Made by a program: the position numbers and the translations under genes
Assembly: GCA_951406725.2 (NCBI GenBank)
Contig: OX597835.1
Coordinates: 48,980,001-49,044,000 of the forward strand
DNA: 64,000 nt
Source of the DNA: Octopus vulgaris
Taxonomy: Eukaryota
Direction: 5' to 3'
The notes under the pieces: model-generated
Told to the model about the DNA's origin: nothing
The model's database searches: none
Seen by the model: the letters and a program-made list of their open reading frames with translations, nothing else
Shown here: piece by piece, positions 43,357 to 55,394 of the stretch
How positions within the stretch are numbered: the stretch's first letter is position 1
Layout of the letters: each line of letters opens with the position of its first letter

Positions 43357-44615
43357 TTCGACAACACGTTCCTCTCTATTCTCAGCCTTCTTTTCAAGTG
43401 AAAAGTTGACGAGAGACTGACCAGAGAGGAAAGTGTTTGTTTGTAAGCCTTTCAAACAGCGTCCACCACACACATTCTTTCGCCATAGCTATCAGTGTTA
43501 CGAAAACTGTTTTTCCTTCCCGTTTAAAGGAAGGTGGCGGAACAATATTCACGATAGACTCGGCTGATAAGCGGGTCCGTCCCACACGCGACAACAGCTG
43601 TTCGACGAAGGCCCACAACTCTGGAATATCTGGACACTGCGCGAGTGCGTGCAGAACAGTTCCGCCGCTCTGAACGCATCTCGGGCAGGTCGGTCCGGTA
43701 GTTTTCGAACCGTGTCTGTAGATCTCCTCTCGAACTGGTAGTGCGTCCCGATAGCATTGCCAAGCCAGGGATCTTTGGAAGTTATCCATAGGCCCCGGCC
43801 GGAACGTCGTCCCGAAAAGGCGGGTTAGGAATTTCTCGTTGACACCCAGGTTTGCCCCGAGAGTATCATCGGACCCCCTCTCCACTAGTCCTTTATAGAA
43901 CGCATTGGTCGTTTGGAAGTTGCACAAGTTTGATCCCGGACGGCAGAGCTGCTGTAGAGCTTGGCGACACACTCGGTGCCAATCGCCCAGTTTCGGTCTC
44001 TTTTTTATCCATATTTGCATTTCAGTCAGTGAGACGAGCTGCGGGAAGGCGCGCCTCATGAACGGCGCCCACACCTGTTCACCGTCGTCGATGAAGTTCC
44101 AGAGATGACGCAGTCTCAGCGCATGCCTGCGCATCATTAACCACGGCATCCCAAGTCCTCCATTTAAAGGATGTTGACAGCAAATGGATCGCCTCACTAT
44201 CGGAACGCTACCTTTCCACAGAAAGCGGAAGAGTATGCGTTCTAGTTTCGTGATGGTAGCATCAGAACAAGGCACGACGGTCAGGTGGTAATCGATGATT
44301 GATGCGATGTACGCATTAGCCACCTCCGACCGACCTTTTAGAGATAGCTTTCTCTCGGCCCGTGTTTGGCTGAGAGCGACCACTCTACTCGTGATCTCGT
44401 CCCAGTTCTTATCCATTTGGAGGTCCGGACTGAACCAGACCCCGAGCAGTTTAACCGGTCCGTCCGTCCAGCGTCCCACTACTGAGTCGCTGTTGGACGG
44501 TATGAGCTTGTTTCTTCAGGTGCCGAGTAGCAAACGCACTGACTTTTCCGGGTTAATTTTTGCTCCCGTCACCGTTTCGTATTCTTTTAGTGTCTCGCCT
44601 AACATTTCGATGTGC
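43356..44615 (-). mobile_element. L1/Tx1-like LINE ORF2 3' half (RT C-terminus + zf-RVT), ORF 43394-44479
   Basis: GAKINPEKS, VKLLGVWF, LSLKGRSEVAN, FRFLWKG, PLNGGLGMP, AW..YRDALPVR...CPRC...TVLHALAQCP. Confidence 0.9.
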
Positions 44616-44625
44616 TTTCTCTCTA

Positions 44626-44660
<35 letters not shown>

Positions 44661-45323
44661 TTCCTTTCTCTCTCTCTCCCCCTCTCTCTACCCCATAATC
44701 AGCAAGGATCTCTTCCTGTCGCCTTTCCCATCCTCAGCACAGCTACATTTCTCTTTTTTTTCTCTTATTCCAATAACTATCAACATTCTTCATACTGACT
44801 GAACAGAGAACCCTCTACAGCCAACCCCAATCGGGAACAGCCATATATAATATGATATAATATGATATAATATGATATAATATGATAATCAGCCCCAAGA
44901 TTTAGTATCCGTTACGCCAGTGTTCTTTACTGAAACTATATTAGAGATGAAATAAAACAAAGCAGTGATGGATGCAGGGCTGTTGCCCTAATTGCTCGGG
45001 CTACACACTTTCTAGCCGAGCCAACACGAACAAAAAAATGAGAATTAAGTATATTTCCAGCAGTTTCACAGAGCATTACTGTTTCATGGGCACATGGTCT
45101 GCTACAACACATTTAGAATCCATAAAAATAGGTCCATTTGTCAATAATTGCGATTCCCACCTTATTATTATTTTTTTTCGAAACTGCGGGACACATCTAA
45201 AAAGAAAAAAATCTTGGACCCCCTTCTCTGCTAAGTGAAATGATAGTAACACGTTTTACGAAATTTAGCGAAGAAGTGAAGAATTACTCGATACTTTTTA
45301 GTACAGTACGTGTTTATTATAGA

Positions 45324-45755
45324 CTAGCAGCATAACCCGGCGTTGCCCGGGTATGTAAGAGCCCCTAGTAGGCAACGACTAATCCCAATCTAGTCCTTTC
45401 CCTCTAGGGAACGAAGGCGCATGTGTAGGTTGCAATGTCTTCTCTTCACTCGAATACTTCTGTGTATACGATGTTCCTAGCTGTCCCTTTGGGCGATAAA
45501 AAGGTCGAGTTGTGTCCCCTAGACAGAAAATGTGTTGCATATAAAAAGCTTAGATTCTCGACCCCATGTCGAATTTATTAATCTTTTTCAGAACTGGGGG
45601 AACTTTTCAAAATTTTAGCTGCGTTAGTTTTGAATTATGACATTGGGCTATGTGTGTGTCAAGTTTCATCAGAATCGGTTGAAAGCCGTGGTCAGGGTGA
45701 GGGTACAACCTGACAGACACACAGACAGACAAACTGCCGTTTATATAGAGAGAGA
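45324..45755 (-). mobile_element. Complete non-autonomous Helitron (432 bp)
   Basis: 5' A|TC(TC)nTATATAAA, (CTGT)n, 3' cccgggcaacgccggg hairpin, CTAG|T; canonical A/T target. Confidence 0.85.
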
Positions 45756-46049
45756 TTTACCATAAGTAACATCGAAGTTTTGGTCTGCTAGCCTTCTTGG
45801 AAGGCTATTTAATTAATGCACACGTGCACGCGCACATAAATATACGTATATATTCGTTAAGGTGATTCACATAGCGGCAAGAATGGGAAGACGCAAAGTG
45901 ACATAAAAATGGTTTTGACTCTGAATCGAAACCGGATCGCTGAACTCACCTAGAAAGAAAATAGAAACTTATCCAGAGAGACGAAAATAAAAAATTTGAC
46001 TCTACGTGGTTCACGCTTATAAATACTTTTTTTTTTTTTGCGTTGTTAG

Positions 46050-46850
46050 AATCCAGATGTTCCCGGAGGAATCCAGCTCCTCAATCAGTGCGAACCAGTT
46101 ATGATTGGAATTATTGTTGGATTGTTTCGCTGTGTACGAAGAGGTGGGCGTTTCATTGTTTTAAAATTTTTTGTTGAGACCATTTGGTTATTTGTGGAAA
46201 CCTTTGTTGGACTGATTTTGAAAGCTTTCTTTTTGTGTTTTGCCCCCGTGTGGGGAAGCTTGCATTAGGGAAAGCTCGAATATGGACAAATTATTGAGTG
46301 AAGAAGAAGTAGAAAAAGTTAATAGATGAAACTGAGGAAAAGGATAATACCCCACCTAGACCATCGACGTCAAGGAGAAACATTGATGTTGCTCGAATCT
46401 GGATCTAGCGAAGCGGCTGGCAGTGATTCATGCAGAAAAAATAGACAACTCAGAAAGTTTGAATGGATTTCACATCTTTAAGACTGATAAGAAAAACTAT
46501 AAGATATTGGCTAACGAATTTCGCAAGGATGTAGGCCCTCCCAGTTTGGACATTGCTGATTATCTGTATGAGGGTCTCATCACTCCGGCACCGCGAGCCC
46601 GAGAAACAGAAATGGAGGCAGATAACCCTCCGCCTCCAGACACCGACTGAGGTAAGTCACTTTAATGGCTGTTCACGTAGGATGTATAAATCACGTTGGA
46701 TGTATAAATCACGTAGGATGTATAAATCACGTAGGATGTATAAATGGCCTGGCGTCAAACTGGAAACAAGAGCGTTTCCTAAATGACGTCAGGGCACAAG
46801 GTTTAGATGTCATTGTTACTACTGAAACTCGGTTAAAAGGGCCAAGAGTT
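46050..46850 (+). mobile_element. L1/Tx1-like LINE 5' fragment (ORF1 remnant + APE endonuclease start)
   Basis: MAVHVGCIN..GLASNWKQERFLNDVRAQGLDVIVTTETRL resembles the APE N-terminus (N..GL...D.I...ET). Confidence 0.7.
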
Positions 46851-48590
46851 CAGCCAGCCCCTTATGAATTTTGTACAGAACCGGTTAATTTAATACGAAT
46901 ATTTTTCCCATTTTCTTGCTGCGTAGCCAAATCGTTTTGTAAACCGACTGAAATCTGTAGCATTCCTCGATGATAATGTAACTATTTTCTTTTAATGTTC
47001 TCAAATCTTTTTCGTTTAGTTTCGTAATATGTGTAACGATGCATCAAATAGTCAAATGAAAACCAGCTGGATTTCCTTAAAAGATTGTCAAACAGGTTCC
47101 GTATCTTCCCACCCTCATTTTCAAATGGAGTGGAGTTGATAAAGCAGTAAACTCTGCTTATGGGTGGTTCATTGAAAGCTTTAACTACTTCTCTTAATAA
47201 CTCGATGGACCACGTTCTAAATGGTCACAGTTCACCTTGCAATTTTGCTGGTTTTTCTGGGAGTAGTTACAAACTCTCCTTATAGGAACTGTCCCATCTG
47301 CTAAACCTTCTATAAACTGGCATTGCTGTTTAGCAGGAAGAGTTTTGGAAGAGCAGAATGTAACTCTGCAGCAGGCCAGAGCCAAATCAGAGGGAAGAGT
47401 AAGGGCTCAATCGTCAGATGTGGGATCTGTTGGGAGCTACAAGTCGAAGAGATGTATGGAACCTGCAGGAGTTATGTTTCAGTAGGAAATTCACATGTTA
47501 GGAACTCCAAAAACATTTGAAAGCTAAAACCATTTTGATTTTGGCATTTTCTAAAGAAAAATCAACTGCAGTGCTTTTCCACATACCTGTTGTAGGCAAC
47601 AGCAAAAGGTAAGCGGAGAAACCATTTTAGCTTATACGAAAAGCAATTATTTACTATGATCTGTATCAGATATTAAAATACGTTTTCTTTTATTGGCTCC
47701 TGGGAGTGTAAGCTTCACCTCTTTTTTCTTCTTCTAGGGCCTATAAAATAACTGGCTGTATAAGGGATTTATTTAACGGGCTCGTTTCTGAAGGCCCTTT
47801 TTTGCTGGTAGGAAGAATTTTTCTTTGATAAATTTTTGAATTTATGGAACTATTTGTAACTCTGTCTAATCTTTGACCCTCGATGTCTAATGCTTTCTTG
47901 TTCCCACTTCACAAATGGCCTTGGCAAATTTTGAATTAGTTTACAATCTGCCATGTTGAGATAGGATATCTGCAGTAGATATCCCCTGCTTATAATGTTT
48001 ACTGTTCCACAATTCTAAGAATTGGTCTTTGATTAATGGTGCCTTTCACTGCCAGCATGTTGCTTTTCATCCAGCTTTTGTTCATTCATGTATGTCTATA
48101 CTGGAACGGTCTCTTTTGCCAAATATAGCAGCTGATGTTGATTCCAGTTCTAAAATCTTTGTAATCTGAAGACGGTTCTTAAACAATGGTTAGGTGCTGA
48201 CCCCTTTCCCCAGAACTTCACAAGCACAGTTTTCTTAAATTTTGGATCATTAGAACATCAATGTTTGTCTATTGAGCATTCTGAATGTTTTCTCCGAGGA
48301 AGATACTAAATTCTACGCAATTTATATAACCAAGCTGGAAAATGTTTTATATATATCTGGTATTCAGGAGTTAGGGAAGATTTTTAAACTGAAGAAAAAT
48401 TGGTCAAAAATTTGTCCGATTAATCAGGGTTCATGTTGTGAGAAATTATGTAATTTTATATCCCTACCCACGTGCACGGTCACGTGATATAAAATTATTC
48501 TGTAATGCTTTCTCAAATCTCTAATTCATTTAGAAGCTGGTATTTCTGAAATTTCATTCCCCTGCCGTCCAACTCCTGACATGCAATAAG

Positions 48591-49735
48591 TTTTTCTTTA
48601 TTACCCATACAGGCTACATGGAAAGGGACTTACAATGCATTGAGGACATATAACATACAAAAAATATAAACGTATGATATGATGAATGAACGAAAATGAA
48701 TTACGAAAGAGGTGTTACCTGTCCCATCAGGCAACACCACTTGATTTCCTTTACCTGTTTTTCATTATGTCTCTATTAAAATTCTTTTTTAAATTTGTGG
48801 CCTGCATATCACATGAGATGTTTCCTCTATCCTCGTCCATCCTCTAAATTTCATATTCTTCCTCATACCCCTCTAATTCCTTCTTTTGCATTTCCGATAA
48901 CAATATTACATCCACATCACTATCCCCCCCACCACCATCATGCACATATACTACATTTCTCTTTCTGCTTACCTTTCCAAACAAATCGTCGTCATCAATG
49001 AAACAAGCGTAAGAGTACAGGAGGGGAGGGGGATGTCTATGAATCATTGTGTGCGCGTGTTTTCTTTTGTTTTTGTGATGGGGGGGGACTGGGAGGTGTC
49101 AATGTCTGCAGGACGAGGGTGGGACGATGAGGGTATGGGTGGGTCTTGGGTATAACGTTCCTGGTCTCTTTTCTTCCTTTTTCTTTTCTCTCTCTCTTTT
49201 CTTCCTCGTCTTCCTTCTGTCCCATCTCTTCCTGTGACTTTTCCTCTGCCTTGTCCTCCACAATTACCTCCTGTAGTTCTTCCACTTTTCCTTCCGGCGT
49301 AGAGTATTTCGCCCTTATGTGCCCTTTTTTCTACACTTGTAACAGCGGGGAAATCTTTCCTCCACCCATACGTTCATCACTGTATCTCCAGCCTTCGACG
49401 ACTCCACTAACTCTTCCATGATTTCTCTTGATGCTTGTATTGTCATGTTGAGGACCTTTCCCTTCCGTATTGTACAGTCCTCCGCCGTGGCCTGTAACAC
49501 TGCTATGTTTTCCTCATTTTCTGCTAAGTTGGCTGCCGCTATCCATACCACGTCTATTTCAGTCGGTAAGCCTTCAGCTCTTACGCGGGACGCTCACTGT
49601 CACAGGTATGTGGGCAGAAGGATTATATCCACGTGGCTCAGTGTCTTTACCGCATTTTCCTTTGCTACTTCCTCACTTCTATATCTCACCTCCACTTCAC
49701 CGAACTTTCGTCCTCTGTCAAGATATATATCTTGC
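48591..49735 (-). mobile_element. LINE ORF1/gag-like remnant with zinc knuckle and poly(A)-signal 3' end
   Basis: RVRAEGLP.EIDVVWIAAA; VEERFPRCYKCRKKG/HIRAKY (CX2CX4HX4C-like); ends AATAAAGAAAAA. Confidence 0.7.
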
Positions 49736-49814
49736 CAGACTACACTCAATGCATACTACATCAGTTCTTATTACATGAAGTTTATTTTCTTTTTCAGAAC
49801 GGAACGGACATAAC

Positions 49815-50197
49815 GTGACGTGACGTGTCGTGTCGTCATGTCATGTCATGTCATCATGTCGTCATGTCGTCATGTCATGTCATCGTGTCATGTCGTCGTG
49901 TCATGTCGTCGTGTCATGTCGTCATGTCATGTCGTCATATCATGTCGTCATGTCGTCATGTCATGTCGTCATGTCATGTCATGTCGTCATGTCATGTCAT
50001 GTCGTCATGTCATGTCATGTCGTCATGTCATGTCATGTCGTCATGTCATCGTGTCATGTCATGTCCTCAAGTCATGTCGTCATATCATGTCGTCATGTCG
50101 TCATGACATGTCATCATGTCAAGTCGTCATGTCATGTCAAGTCATGTTGTCATGTCATGTCATTGTGTCATGTCGTCATGTCATGTCGTCATGACAT
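49815..50197. repeat. Complex satellite of GTCAT/GTC/GTCGT units
   Basis: Direct inspection. Confidence 0.9.
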
Positions 50198-50287
50198 CTT
50201 GTAGTGGACAGTCACCCCAATAGCGCTGATACTGATGGAAATATTAAAGAATCACGCTTTTAATAGGACAACAATCAATGTCCAACA

Positions 50288-50322
<35 letters not shown>

Positions 50323-50323
<1 letters not shown>

Positions 50324-50460
50324 TCTTTTACTTGTTTCAGTTCGTCGATCAAATCGACCCAGAACTTGTTTTATGAACCTAGTATTTATTCTATCGGACG
50401 TAAACATGGCAACACTGGTTGTCAAGAGTTGCAGTACAAATACAAACACAAAAACATACA
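50323..50460 (-). mobile_element. SINE family A tail fragment
   Basis: cttttacttgtttcag...gtcgatcaaatcgacccag. Confidence 0.65.
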
Positions 50461-50544
50461 CATAGTGATATACATATACACATACATATACATACACACA
50501 TACATACATACATACACACACACGCACACATATGCTTATATATA

Positions 50545-50591
<47 letters not shown>

Positions 50592-50593
<2 letters not shown>

Positions 50594-51100
50594 GGGGTTG
50601 GATAAATTAATGGAAACACCTAGCATTATATCTCCATAATTTTGAAATATCTATAAAGTCGTCAAAGACTTGTTTATTTTTATGTTTTTTTTTTATTTAT
50701 TATTAGTGTTCCTTAATATGTTTTATTAAAATTGCTGTTTCTTTTCAGATATCATCAGAAAAAGGTAATTAAAATTCATTAAAATGACAGATCTATCGAA
50801 CTTTCAAAGAGGTCAAATTGTTGGTGCTCCTATGGTAGGCGCTAGCGTAACGAAAACAGCCGAAATGTTTGTTGTCTCAAGAATTACTGCCTCGAAAGTA
50901 ATGAGAAAGAGAGATAAACCTCCTCGTCGAAACAAAACTCCGGAAGAAAACCAAAACTTTCAGATACGGACCGTCGGACTCTTACGTGAATTGTTAGGAA
51001 GGTACACCTCCCAAAATTACTGCAGAGCTTAATGACTACCTCGAGAACCCAGTTTCCACAAAAACTGTTCGCCAGGAGCTACACAAAACCGGATTTCATG
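50592..51100 (+). mobile_element. Tc1-like transposon 5' half (TIR + transposase HTH, frameshifted)
   Basis: caggggttggataaattaatggaaacacc; MTDLSNFQRGQIVGA.MVGASVTKTAEMF.VSR; GRKPKLSD.DRRTL; TAELN...PVSTKTVRQELHK.GFH. Confidence 0.85.
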
Positions 51101-51416
51101 TAATTTCCATTTTTGAACTTAGTATACCGATCACGAGCAGTTCTTTCAGTATGGTTCCCTCTCTATACACAGCACAAATGTCACGAGCAGCTTTTGCGGC
51201 CTTGATTAAAAACAAAAAGAAGGAGGTGTCGAAAATGCTTGTTTTTCTTAACTTGACGTTCCATTTTAATGATCTGAAAATAAACAAAAATTAACTAAAA
51301 TTAACTAGAAAAAGAAAGCAAAATAGATTCCAAAATGATTCAAAAATAGAATTCACGAAAAGAATACATTCCAAAATTTTTTTTTAAACGGCTGGAACTT
51401 AGTTGCCAGCCCAATA
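51096..51416 (-). mobile_element. mariner-like transposon 5' half (TIR + Mos1-type HTH)
   Basis: TIR tattgggctggcaactaagt; FRHLLLF.FNQ/KAAKAARDICAVYREGTI/RTARDRYTKFKNGN. Confidence 0.85.
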
Positions 51417-51429
51417 CATATAGCGGGGT

Positions 51430-52270
51430 ACGTACACCTTTTACTCAGCTTGTAAGTAAGAATGTATCTAAATTCTGTACGACTTCTTTCCTTCCTCTTT
51501 TCTCGCTCCCCCACTCTCCTTTTCTTTGCATTCTCTTTCTTTAATCTCTCTACTTTCCTATGTTATCTCCCTTGTACCGTACCTCTGTCCCCCCACTCTC
51601 TCTCTCTCTCTAGTTCCTTCCCTTATTCTTCAATTCCTCTGCTCTCTACCACCTTCTGTTCCTCCCACGTGACCGGTGCTCGGCCAAGCATAATCTTTCT
51701 TTCTCGGCCTGACCACTGCTCGCACAGCACCTTATTTTCCTGTCTCTTCACTTTCACCTATGTTTGTTGCTGCAAGGCTTCCACTTTACGCCCCACCTTG
51801 ACTTAACTTGTCCTATTAGTCGAAAGAAACCTGTTGTTATTCTTGTTGTTTGTATTTGTAAAATGTTCTCCGTTTTCTCGCTTTTTTGTCCGTGTTGTCG
51901 CACATATCCGCTCGCTTTCTTCCAAAACTTTAATGCCCTTAGCTTAGATTTTTGGAACCTATCAATTTTGAACGTCTCAAGGGTAACAGGCCGAAAGTGT
52001 AATGATGATTGGAAACTTGACTGATGAGTAGAGAGCCACGAATGTTTCGTCCTGGATTTTCCAATGCACTGAGAAGAAAGACGTGGCTTATGTCGCAGTT
52101 CCATTCATCCTTTGACCTTTGTGATTTGTTGGTGGGGTTTGCGAAGCTTCGTCGTATTGGATTATGAATTCCCAAGAATACCTGAATGGCATATCAAAAG
52201 AACGGTAATACACTACCGAGAAACCTTCGGTGAAACTATAGAGACAAAAGGATAAAAGAAAAAAAATGTT
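51430..52270 (+). mobile_element. Probable Penelope-type terminal region, degraded
   Basis: Pyrimidine-rich leader; decayed hammerhead-like motif ccgagaa-acc-ttc-ggt-gaaac-tata at ~52216-52240. Confidence 0.4.
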
Positions 52271-52651
52271 TTAAAACAGAGAAATGACTTAAGGGTGAAT
52301 TTGGTTCACAGAAACTGTGTAAGCGCATTGTGTGTATGTATGTATGTATGTATGTATGTATGTATGTATGTATGTATGTATGTATGTATGTATGTATGCA
52401 TGTATGTATGTATGGATGCATGTATGTTTGTAGTATATATATATATATATTATATAAATATATCTATGTGTGTATATAATATATATATATATATATTTGT
52501 TGAAATAGAAAGATGAATTTTCTTGTTACAGATTATTCAAAAGTTTAACCGATACCTGGGTAGCAAAAATCACAGCAGAAAATACACGGTTGGAGATAAG
52601 ACCATTTGGTGTTGCAACCGTGCGTTGGTGCGGATAATTGAAGTTTAATAT

Positions 52652-52969
52652 TATTATTGAATGGAAGAAATGGAGTTGAACGAAGATTGTACAGAATTCC
52701 TTTTATTACATTCTACGCATGTTTCAAAGGCCACAAATTTCCAAATTCTGATTAAATAAGGGTACCATATTGTGGCTTTCTCATTAGGAATTGCTGCGCC
52801 TCTGTTCTGTTTTGTTCTGTCAACGGAATTCCTGTTTTTTCCTTATGAGAAAGCCACAATATGGTACCCTTATTTAATCAGAATTTGGAAATTTGTGGCC
52901 TTTGAAACATGTGTAGAATGTAATAAAAGGAATTCTGTACAATCTTCGTTCAACTCCATTTCTTCCATT

Positions 52970-52977
<8 letters not shown>
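52652..52977. mobile_element. Near-perfect foldback element (~140-bp arms, ~48-bp spacer) with a hammerhead-derived motif in each arm
   Basis: Arms are almost exact reverse complements; ttc-CTTATGA-gaaagccacaa...ttgtggccttt-GAAAC-atgt-GTA-gaa. Confidence 0.85.
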
Positions 52978-53033
<56 letters not shown>

Positions 53034-53034
<1 letters not shown>

Positions 53035-53338
53035 TTAGATAACTTAGATATGTTTCGACCAAAGATTGGTCCAGGTCATGTCTAACTTAATAGCACCACC
53101 TGATAGGATTATTCGAATCCTGTTTAAGTCAAGTTTTGTTTAAGTCAAGTTTTTTTCAAGTAGTGAGTTCTTGTTGGGTGAGTTGTATCCAATTATGGGT
53201 GGCTTATCTGGTATTCTTTGAAGGAATCGATCCAGACTCCGTTTAAAGTTGATGGGATCCTTTTCCTCTTTGATCTCCCTCGGGACAATGTTAAATAGGG
53301 CAGGGCCTGTTGAGGAAAAGAAATTACGTTGCACGGTG
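53034..53338 (-). mobile_element. CR1/L2/Jockey-group LINE 3' end
   Basis: RNFFSSTGPALFNIVPREIK...FKRSLDRFLQRIPDKP..GY...NSLLE; short tandem tail atctaagt. Confidence 0.8.
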
Positions 53339-53339
53339 C

Positions 53340-53640
53340 TGAGGTCAATTCGACTAAAACTTCTTTTAAAGCTGTACTCTAGCATGGTCACGGTCCGATG
53401 ACTGAAACAACTAAAAGAAAAATGGAAAAATACGGGTCTTTGTGTGTGTGTCACCACTTGACAACCGTTGTTGGTTTGTGTACGTCACGGTACACTGGTG
53501 GTTCTTCAAAACGAAACGATTAGAATAAGTACCAAACATGATAAAAACAAACGAAGTACTAAGTCGATCTCTTGGGCTAGACGCTTCGAGCATCTGCCCC
53601 CACATGGTCGCAGTCCAATGACTGAAGAAAGTGAAAGATA
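53340..53640 (+). mobile_element. Two diverged SINE family A tail fragments
   Basis: ctagcatggtcacggtccgatgactgaaac; gattagaataagtacc...catggtcgcagtccaatgactgaa. Confidence 0.6.
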
Positions 53641-53785
53641 TCAAATGAAGGATATTAAACCGGCAGAATTCATGATGCTGCATAAAAACCTCCCATATCA
53701 TACAAGATCATTGATGCGGCACAGGTAGAGTCAGGTACGTTGTAATGATGACCTAATTTAGCTGACGTTCGATCGTCTTCGAGGC

Positions 53786-53985
53786 TGGCGGCGTCCTGGC
53801 TGAATCATTAGCACGCCGAGCAAAATGTCTTGTGGCACCTCTTCCGCCCCAATTCAAATTCCACCGCGGTCGACTTTGGCCTTCATCCTTTCCGGGCTTG
53901 ATGAAATAAGTACCATTTCAGCACCAGTAATCCATTTATCCCCCTCCCAAATTTCAGCTTTGTGCCTACTGTAAGAAGTGTTATT
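53786..53985 (+). mobile_element. SINE family D
   Basis: ggcggcgtcctggctgaatcattagcacgccg...ggtcgactttggccttcatcctttc. Confidence 0.8.
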
Positions 53986-54009
53986 ATTATTTTTATTTTT
54001 ATTTTATTA

Positions 54010-54400
54010 TCGTTGCACAGCTTCCAAAGCTGGAGATGTACTTCGGTGTCAGCTGTTCCCTACCAGTGAACTAAGATAACACCTCTTATTTTTCGAGCAC
54101 CTTCCGGAGCATTCGAGCTGTTCCAAGCAGTGCTGTTTTCTGCAAGTGCTCCACCCTTATTGCAGCCCCTATTTGTTCCACGTACTTCTCGAGATTTTTA
54201 CTCACTGTTCCCAGGGCTCCGACAATTATTGGTATTACTACCACCTTTTTCAGTGATCACAACTGCTTAACCTCCCAAGCTAACCTGTCATATCTTTCGA
54301 CTTTTCTTCCTTATCACATACATTGTTGTCAGTTGGGCATGCTATATCTAAGATCCAGCATCGTTTGCTTTCTTTCTCAATTACACTATGTATGGTTTCC
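54010..54400 (-). mobile_element. R4/Dong-like RLE 3' end
   Basis: CWILDIACPTDNNV; YDRLAWEVKQL; VIPIIVGALGTVSKNLEKY; LQKTALLGTARMLRKVLEK. Confidence 0.88.
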
Positions 54401-54469
54401 TATTCTCTGTTATGTTCCCATATGCCTTCGGGTTTATGTTCGTACCACTTATCATCATCATCGTCGTCG

Positions 54470-54506
<37 letters not shown>

Positions 54507-54529
54507 GAAAGACTCTCGGATAGTTCTTA

Positions 54530-55272
54530 ATTACTGGTTATTCTTTACTTAAAAGCAGGTACAAACAAATCACCAAAGGTTTCAAGTAGTGCCTTCTCCT
54601 GTGACTCAAAGAGACAATATTGTCGTTAGAATGCGAGCTGTACCCAACAAGACTGTCTTCTGGATCACCTCAAGCCTGACAGCAGCTCCAATATTCTTAA
54701 TATGTTTTTCAAAGTCCTTGGAAACTGCTCCTAATGCTCCAATTACCACAAGGTATCACCATTACTTTCCTCATACCCCATAACTTTCTTATCTCGTCCG
54801 GTAATGGCTGGTATTTCTCAATCCTTTCTGTTTCCCTACTTTTCACCTTCGAATCGTCTGGCATTGCAGCATCTATTATCTTTACTTCTTTTTTATCTTT
54901 ATGAATGAGCACCGTATCTGGTCGTCTCGCCTCTATGACTTGGTCGCACTGCATATTAAAATCCCAGAGTATTTTGTAATGTACATTTTCTTTTACTCCC
55001 ATCTTTCAGCTCTCTCGAGGTTTGCTTCACCGCACAACAGCCAGTGGACATATCTGGCCACATTGTCGTGTTTCCATTTGTATTCGCATTGTGCGAGCTT
55101 ACAGCACTCACTAACAATATGGCTTATACTTCTCAGAGCACATCCTGCACTGTGACGAGTCAGTGCTCTTATCTATGTGATATTTGGAGTAGTTTGTTCT
55201 GAGAGCTTGTTCTTGCGCGCTACACACTAAAGCCTCAGTGGGCCCTTTTAAGTCGCCTTTCTGTAGCCATTG
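54530..55272 (-). mobile_element. R4/Dong-like fragment (zinc knuckle + RLE)
   Basis: WLQKGDLKGPTEALVCSAQEQALRTNY...CRMC; ILWDFNMQCDQVIEARRPDTVL...IIDAAMP...EKYQPL. Confidence 0.9.
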
Positions 55273-55332
55273 CTAGGTTTTATTCCAATCAATTTCATCT
55301 TTATTCTTCAAGAACTGACTATGCATTTCCTT

Positions 55333-55391
<59 letters not shown>

Positions 55392-55394
<3 letters not shown>

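Noticed and set aside
43280-44690. Tx1-like element specifically targeting (TC)n
   Set aside because: Flanking GA/TC tracts are in opposite orientations and both element ends are truncated
46674-46745. Possible CRISPR-like repeat
   Set aside because: Contiguous tandem units without spacers; eukaryotic context; no cas genes
49820-50204. Cys/His-rich ORFs (MSCRHV repeats)
   Set aside because: Open in all three frames because of the satellite; not a metal-binding protein
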